In this document: positions 59,821 to 64,000 of the stretch, in pieces
Position numbering within the stretch: the first letter of the stretch is position 1
Layout of the letters: each line of letters starts with the position of its first letter
Assembly (NCBI GenBank): GCA_046482545.1
Contig: JAWOEX010000035.1
Location: forward strand, 32,001-96,000
Direction: 5' to 3'
Source of the DNA: Candidatus Thorarchaeota archaeon
GTDB lineage: Archaea > Asgardarchaeota > Thorarchaeia > Thorarchaeales > Thorarchaeaceae
DNA: 64,000 bases
Made by a program: the position numbers and the translations under genes
The notes under the pieces: generated by a model
What the model saw: only the letters and a program-made list of their open reading frames with translations
Told to the model about the DNA's origin: nothing
The model's database searches: none

Positions 59821-61149
59821 TTATTCCTCCTTTAGATGATCCTTCAAATATTTGTATTGATCTGTTAGATTCCCTCTGTAAACAATGATAGCGTCCTTAA
59901 GCTCACGAGGAAGTTGGAGCTCACTATAGGATGTCGAAAAGTCAGTTGAAGCAAGGGGTGGGATAAAGGGGAGTAAGGTTTCGCTGAAGGAATATGAAGA
60001 TTCCTTGGGCAATTCTGCAGGCAGATTATCCACTGCAACTACGACAGGACCGTCTCCATCTACATCATGGATAATTCTATCGTCTTCTACAACGTATGTG
60101 AAAGCGGGGTTGTTCGGTTTAGTCGATGTTTCAGTGATTTCTATTCCCCCGTTTATATCACATGATATATCCCCAACAATCCTAAGTTTACGGTGACTAT
60201 CACTCCAATGTCGTTTGATGAACTCTTTTGTCAGAAGGCGAGGATACTTTTGACTCCAATATATGCAATTCATCAGAATCGTAAGGTGTGGTACGTAATG
60301 ATGGAATATACCTTCATAGGCTTCAGACCCCTTCTTGTAATAATCCTCTAAGTCAAACTCAGCGGTCTCAGCTATCGGTTTGACCATATGTTCTTCCTTG
60401 AAAACACACTTGTAGATTGTATGTTCCAGGGGTTCCAGATTACCCAAATCGCTTGGATTTACCTCTTTGTGTGGAAGAATGTCAAAAAGCTTCTGTGCTC
60501 CTGAAGAAACATTTCCATAACCTGCAAAACCAACTACAAACGGGAGTGTGGACTTGGGAAGACCCTGATCTTGTATTCGGCCAGCTAATTTGTTGAATTC
60601 GTTCTGTAAATCGTCGAGTCCGTCGCACTCAAGTGTTGGCTTAAGGTCGAGGAATGGGTTTCGATGGATTGCTTCGTATTTGAGTCGCTGGCCAAGCACT
60701 CGTAGTGTATCAGATATGCCAGCCATCCCGGCCCAGTTTCCAAAATAAACAAGACGAGCCCCGTTATCATCGACAATCAATTCATAGTCAAGAAGCGTTG
60801 CTCCAGTTTCAATTATGTGTCTGAGCATAGGCATATTATGTTCTTGACCTTTGATAGTATGACTGAAGTAGACATAGACTTTATCAGATTCGAAAATGGA
60901 GTTGGGCATTTCTTTGAGACCCAGAATAATCGATGCGTTGCCTCCCTTCACAGTAGAAATGGTAGCTCCAGCATTCTTGTATTCTTTGTCGCTGAAAATC
61001 CTTTGATTACTAGGTTCCACAACGAAGTTGATTCCTTCATCATCGATTAGTTTAGCTACATGTTCAGGAACTAGGGGGGTTCTAGCTTCGAAAGCTTTCT
61101 CTTCTTTGCGAATAGCGAAGATAACCATGTACTCACCCGCTTCCAACAA
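59821..61149 (-). CDS. Lysine-ketoglutarate reductase (AASS-LKR-like)
   Basis: E.RTPLVP, FSHTIKGQ..NM, DYE, GYGNVS.GA, DISCD, VDNLP.ELP. Confidence 0.85.
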   Translation of the reverse strand: MLEAGEYMVIFAIRKEEKAFEARTPLVPEHVAKLIDDEGINFVVEPSNQRIFSDKEYKNAGATISTVKGGNASIILGLKEMPNSIFESDKVYVYFSHTIKGQEHNMPMLRHIIETGATLLDYELIVDDNGARLVYFGNWAGMAGISDTLRVLGQRLKYEAIHRNPFLDLKPTLECDGLDDLQNEFNKLAGRIQDQGLPKSTLPFVVGFAGYGNVSSGAQKLFDILPHKEVNPSDLGNLEPLEHTIYKCVFKEEHMVKPIAETAEFDLEDYYKKGSEAYEGIFHHYVPHLTILMNCIYWSQKYPRLLTKEFIKRHWSDSHRKLRIVGDISCDINGGIEITETSTKPNNPAFTYVVEDDRIIHDVDGDGPVVVAVDNLPAELPKESSYSFSETLLPFIPPLASTDFSTSYSELQLPRELKDAIIVYRGNLTDQYKYLKDHLKEE

Positions 61150-61263
61150 ATCTTGCGGTCTACGGCATGTCGGCAGTTACAGTGATTTAACATTTTCCTC
61201 TCAATAACATAATACAGAACTTGAAATTTAGAACATGTGTTCCGGATGTTTGGATGAAATCAA

Positions 61264-61560
61264 ATGAGGTGGTTTTTGTTTCTATATGATTGCAACAGTT
61301 CGAAGGAAATGAATTCAAGAAGGGTTTCTTTTACAAAAAAATTGTATGGTTACAAATATAGATGGAACACGAAAGAAGGCTATAAGGAACAGAAAAAAAG
61401 TGGACTATTAGATTCGTGTATTGGAGCAAACAGAGTCAATGATTCCGCAATATTGATACCCGAAAATTGCTACGAAGAATGTCTGGATCTATTTCTCGAA
61501 TTTCAGGCTATACTACAATTCAGAGTATTTGAAGTGGTGAGAGAAATAGACAAACTGTAA
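61264..61560 (+). CDS. Small hypothetical protein, possible ferredoxin-like (Cas2/VapD-like) fold
   Basis: LFLYD...RR..F.KKLYGY...GLL......SAILIP. Confidence 0.55.
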   Translation: MRWFLFLYDCNSSKEMNSRRVSFTKKLYGYKYRWNTKEGYKEQKKSGLLDSCIGANRVNDSAILIPENCYEECLDLFLEFQAILQFRVFEVVREIDKL

Positions 61561-61568
61561 CAGGATTG

Positions 61569-61798
61569 GTTACACGTGTTCTAATGTTTGTATAACCCCC
61601 TTGTTTCAACTAGAAAAAATAAGAAGAAATGTGAAGGAATATGAGAAAGTATATATATAGGTTAGTGCATATTAATTCATCTGCATTTTTTAAAAGCATA
61701 GACAACAAATATTGGCTACTCCATTTTTTTAGTTCCAATGGAAATAGAGGGGAGTTAGGTACATATTACGTGTATTACAAATATAGAACACGTGTAAC
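61569..61798. promoter_or_regulatory. Candidate replication origin: inverted ORBs flanking an AT-rich unwinding element
   Basis: ORB TTCTAGTTGAAACAAGGGGG (-, 61596-61615) and TTCCAATGGAAATAGAGGGG (+, 61733-61752); AT-rich core; outer perfect 15-bp inverted repeat. Confidence 0.72.
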
Positions 61799-61886
61799 AA
61801 CTTTACTCGACCACCACAAGACTGATAGCGCAATATCATTTTCTCATCGCCTTGAGTTAGTCTACGGCTGGATCGGAGGCACCTAA

Positions 61887-63779
61887 TTGACAAAAGTAAA
61901 CCGGCTATTGAAAGACACACCTGGAAAGAAAGTCCTCTTGCTTGCTAATGAAGCCATTGCCAGAGGAGTTCTCGAAGCTGGAGTCCGACTGGTAGCGCTA
62001 TACCCCGGAACTCCTAGCAGCGAGATTGGAAATAATCTCACTAAAATGGCCCCACATATTGAAAACTTCTATTTTGAATTTAGTTCAAACGAGAAGGTAG
62101 CTTTAGAAGTAGCAGGAGCTGCTGCAATCTCCGGGTCTCGATCGATGATGGTTTGTAAAGGACCTGGCCTGAATGTTGCAGCTGATCCATTTTTCTCGTT
62201 GGCATATGTGGGTGTTCGAGCTGGCATGGTCATCGTTGTAGCCGACGATCCAAGCATGTGGAGTTCACAAAATGAGAATGACTCAAGATACTACGCCCTA
62301 ATGGGCAATATGCCAATGGTCGAACCTGCTGATCCTATTGAAGCAAAAGACATGCTTCACAAGGCCTATGAGTACTCTGAACGTCTTGATTTACCTTTCC
62401 TTCTTCGTACCACTACTCGTGTCAATCATACGCGTGCTCCAATAACCTACGATGAAATCCAAAATCGCCCTGAAACGGTATCATTCGAAAAAGATCCCTA
62501 TCGTTTTGTTCCTGTTCCGGCTGTAGCGAGGAAAAGACATCTTTGGCTTTTGGACCAAATCCAGAAAGCAGAAGAAATCTCCAATTCTTCAGACCTGAAC
62601 TTCTTCCACGGTGATGGTGAACTGGGTATACTCACTAGTGGCGTTTCGTATAACTATGTTCTCGAAGCTCTGTCGACGATGGACCTTGAAGCTGAGATAC
62701 TCAAGATTGGAATGTCACATCCTGTTCCTGATCAGAAGATTAAACAGATTCTTAGTCGGCATGGACGGGTAATTGTCGTTGAGGAGCTTCAACCCTTTTT
62801 GGAAACTCATGCCCGAAGAATTGCACATTTAGAAGGAGTTGATGTAGACATTCTAGGAAAAGAACAGGGCTACTTCCCAGAAGTATACGAATACAGTCCA
62901 AAAATTGTAATGAAAGCACTATCTAAAATCACGAATCAGCAACCGCCCGTTAATTGGGACGAAATTGACCATACCAAGAGCAAGCTGCCGGAACTTCCCC
63001 CCCGTCCACCCCTTTTGTGTCCCGGTTGTCCTCATCGAGCAACCTACTATGCAATTCGGACAGCTACTAGGGGAAAGGCTATCTATCCTTCAGACATTGG
63101 TTGCTATACACTAAGCATTTCCCCTCCATTAGAAACAGCTGACATCCTGTTTGATATGGGGTCCTCAATCACTACTGCTTGTGGAATTGCTCGTGTAACT
63201 GATCAGGATGTTGTCGCTTCTATAGGTGATAGTACTTTCTTTGCTTCTGGTTTACCTGGTATTGCAAATGCTGTTTATAATCAACACCCAATAGCTCTGG
63301 TTGTATTGGACAATCGCACTACTGCTATGACAGGACATCAGCCCCATCCTGGAACCGGTTTAACCGGCATGGGTGAACAGGTACCGCCACTAGATATAGA
63401 GAAAGTTTGCGAGGGTTTGGGTGTTCAATATCTGCAAACAGTTGACCCCTTTGGGTCACTTGCCAATCTTGTAGCAAGCATTAGAGAGATGTTGGATTGG
63501 GTACGTGAAAATCAAGCACCTGCGGTAATGATTTCAAAAGCCCCTTGTGCACTTCTCACAGCCGCAGAACGGAGAAAGACTGGAGACTATCCTTTACCGT
63601 ATTACATTGATGAAGAGATTTGTACAGGATGTAAACGATGTCTCAATCGGTTATCTTGTCCTGCTATGTATTTCGATTCAGAAATCGGGAAAGCAGCAAT
63701 CGACCAGAACCTCTGCAATTTCTGTGGGACTTGTGTAGATGTATGTCCTGTTGCAGCAATTATGCAGAAGGAGGAATAG
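61887..63779 (+). CDS. iorA: Indolepyruvate:ferredoxin oxidoreductase alpha subunit
   Basis: NEAIARG, YPGTPSSE, NEKVALE, CPGCPH, DIGCY, GDSTF, C-terminal 2x[4Fe-4S]. Confidence 0.95.
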   Translation: MTKVNRLLKDTPGKKVLLLANEAIARGVLEAGVRLVALYPGTPSSEIGNNLTKMAPHIENFYFEFSSNEKVALEVAGAAAISGSRSMMVCKGPGLNVAADPFFSLAYVGVRAGMVIVVADDPSMWSSQNENDSRYYALMGNMPMVEPADPIEAKDMLHKAYEYSERLDLPFLLRTTTRVNHTRAPITYDEIQNRPETVSFEKDPYRFVPVPAVARKRHLWLLDQIQKAEEISNSSDLNFFHGDGELGILTSGVSYNYVLEALSTMDLEAEILKIGMSHPVPDQKIKQILSRHGRVIVVEELQPFLETHARRIAHLEGVDVDILGKEQGYFPEVYEYSPKIVMKALSKITNQQPPVNWDEIDHTKSKLPELPPRPPLLCPGCPHRATYYAIRTATRGKAIYPSDIGCYTLSISPPLETADILFDMGSSITTACGIARVTDQDVVASIGDSTFFASGLPGIANAVYNQHPIALVVLDNRTTAMTGHQPHPGTGLTGMGEQVPPLDIEKVCEGLGVQYLQTVDPFGSLANLVASIREMLDWVRENQAPAVMISKAPCALLTAAERRKTGDYPLPYYIDEEICTGCKRCLNRLSCPAMYFDSEIGKAAIDQNLCNFCGTCVDVCPVAAIMQKEE

Positions 63780-63781
63780 AA

Positions 63782-64000
63782 ATGTCTGGTAATAATCGTA
63801 ATACAATTAACGTAGTGATTTCCGGAGTTGGAGGACAGGGTGTCTTGACCCTTGCAGAACTTTTGGCTAAAGCTGCGTTGAGCCAATCATACAATGTTCG
63901 AGTTGGGGAAATACATGGAATGGCTCAACGGGGTGGTCATGTCGTTTGTACTGTGCGAATAGGGTCGATGGCAAAGGGCCCAATCGTTGATGAAGGCTTT
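63782..64000 (+). CDS. iorB: Indolepyruvate:ferredoxin oxidoreductase beta subunit, truncated by window edge
   Basis: Not in the ORF track: SGVGGQG..., EIHGMAQRGG.V. Confidence 0.92.
   Translation, partial: MSGNNRNTINVVISGVGGQGVLTLAELLAKAALSQSYNVRVGEIHGMAQRGGHVVCTVRIGSMAKGPIVDEGF

Noticed and set aside
61641-61920. ORFs 61641..61886 and 61729..61920
   Set aside because: They lie over the ORB/AT-rich region with non-protein-like composition; likely spurious.

Overview
A 64-kb, gene-dense archaeal chromosomal segment, most likely from an Asgard archaeon (Thorarchaeia-like). This assignment is an inference from the Rpo8 subunit, the roadblock/small-GTPase cluster, PolD and frequent TTG starts. 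Most of the window is core informational machinery: PolD DP1, Cdc6/Orc1, intein-containing MCM, GINS, RFC, a degenerate RecJ/GAN/Cdc45-like protein, NurA-HerA, KEOPS, r-proteins, tRNA-modification enzymes, GPN GTPase and Lsm. Metabolic genes include glmM, glmS, pyrG, ipk, korA, iorAB and the LKR-SDH saccharopine pathway. Signals not visible in the ORF track: (1) all five tRNA genes carry bulge-helix-bulge introns at five different non-canonical positions, one at 10/11; (2) two candidate replication origins with ORB boxes lie 4 kb apart, each with its own second repeat motif and a small adjacent gene; (3) a decayed TnpB with a Fanzor-type rearranged RuvC-II site, whose right-end/omegaRNA module occurs three times, each time directly upstream of a host gene; (4) a cluster of TFB paralogue, pilus ATPase, Flp-like pilin, Ig-like surface proteins and a VirB4/HerA-like ATPase that may be an uncharacterised contact/DNA-transfer system; (5) a roadblock-DENN-like-MglA GTPase operon. 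All calls come from reading motifs by eye; no searches were run.
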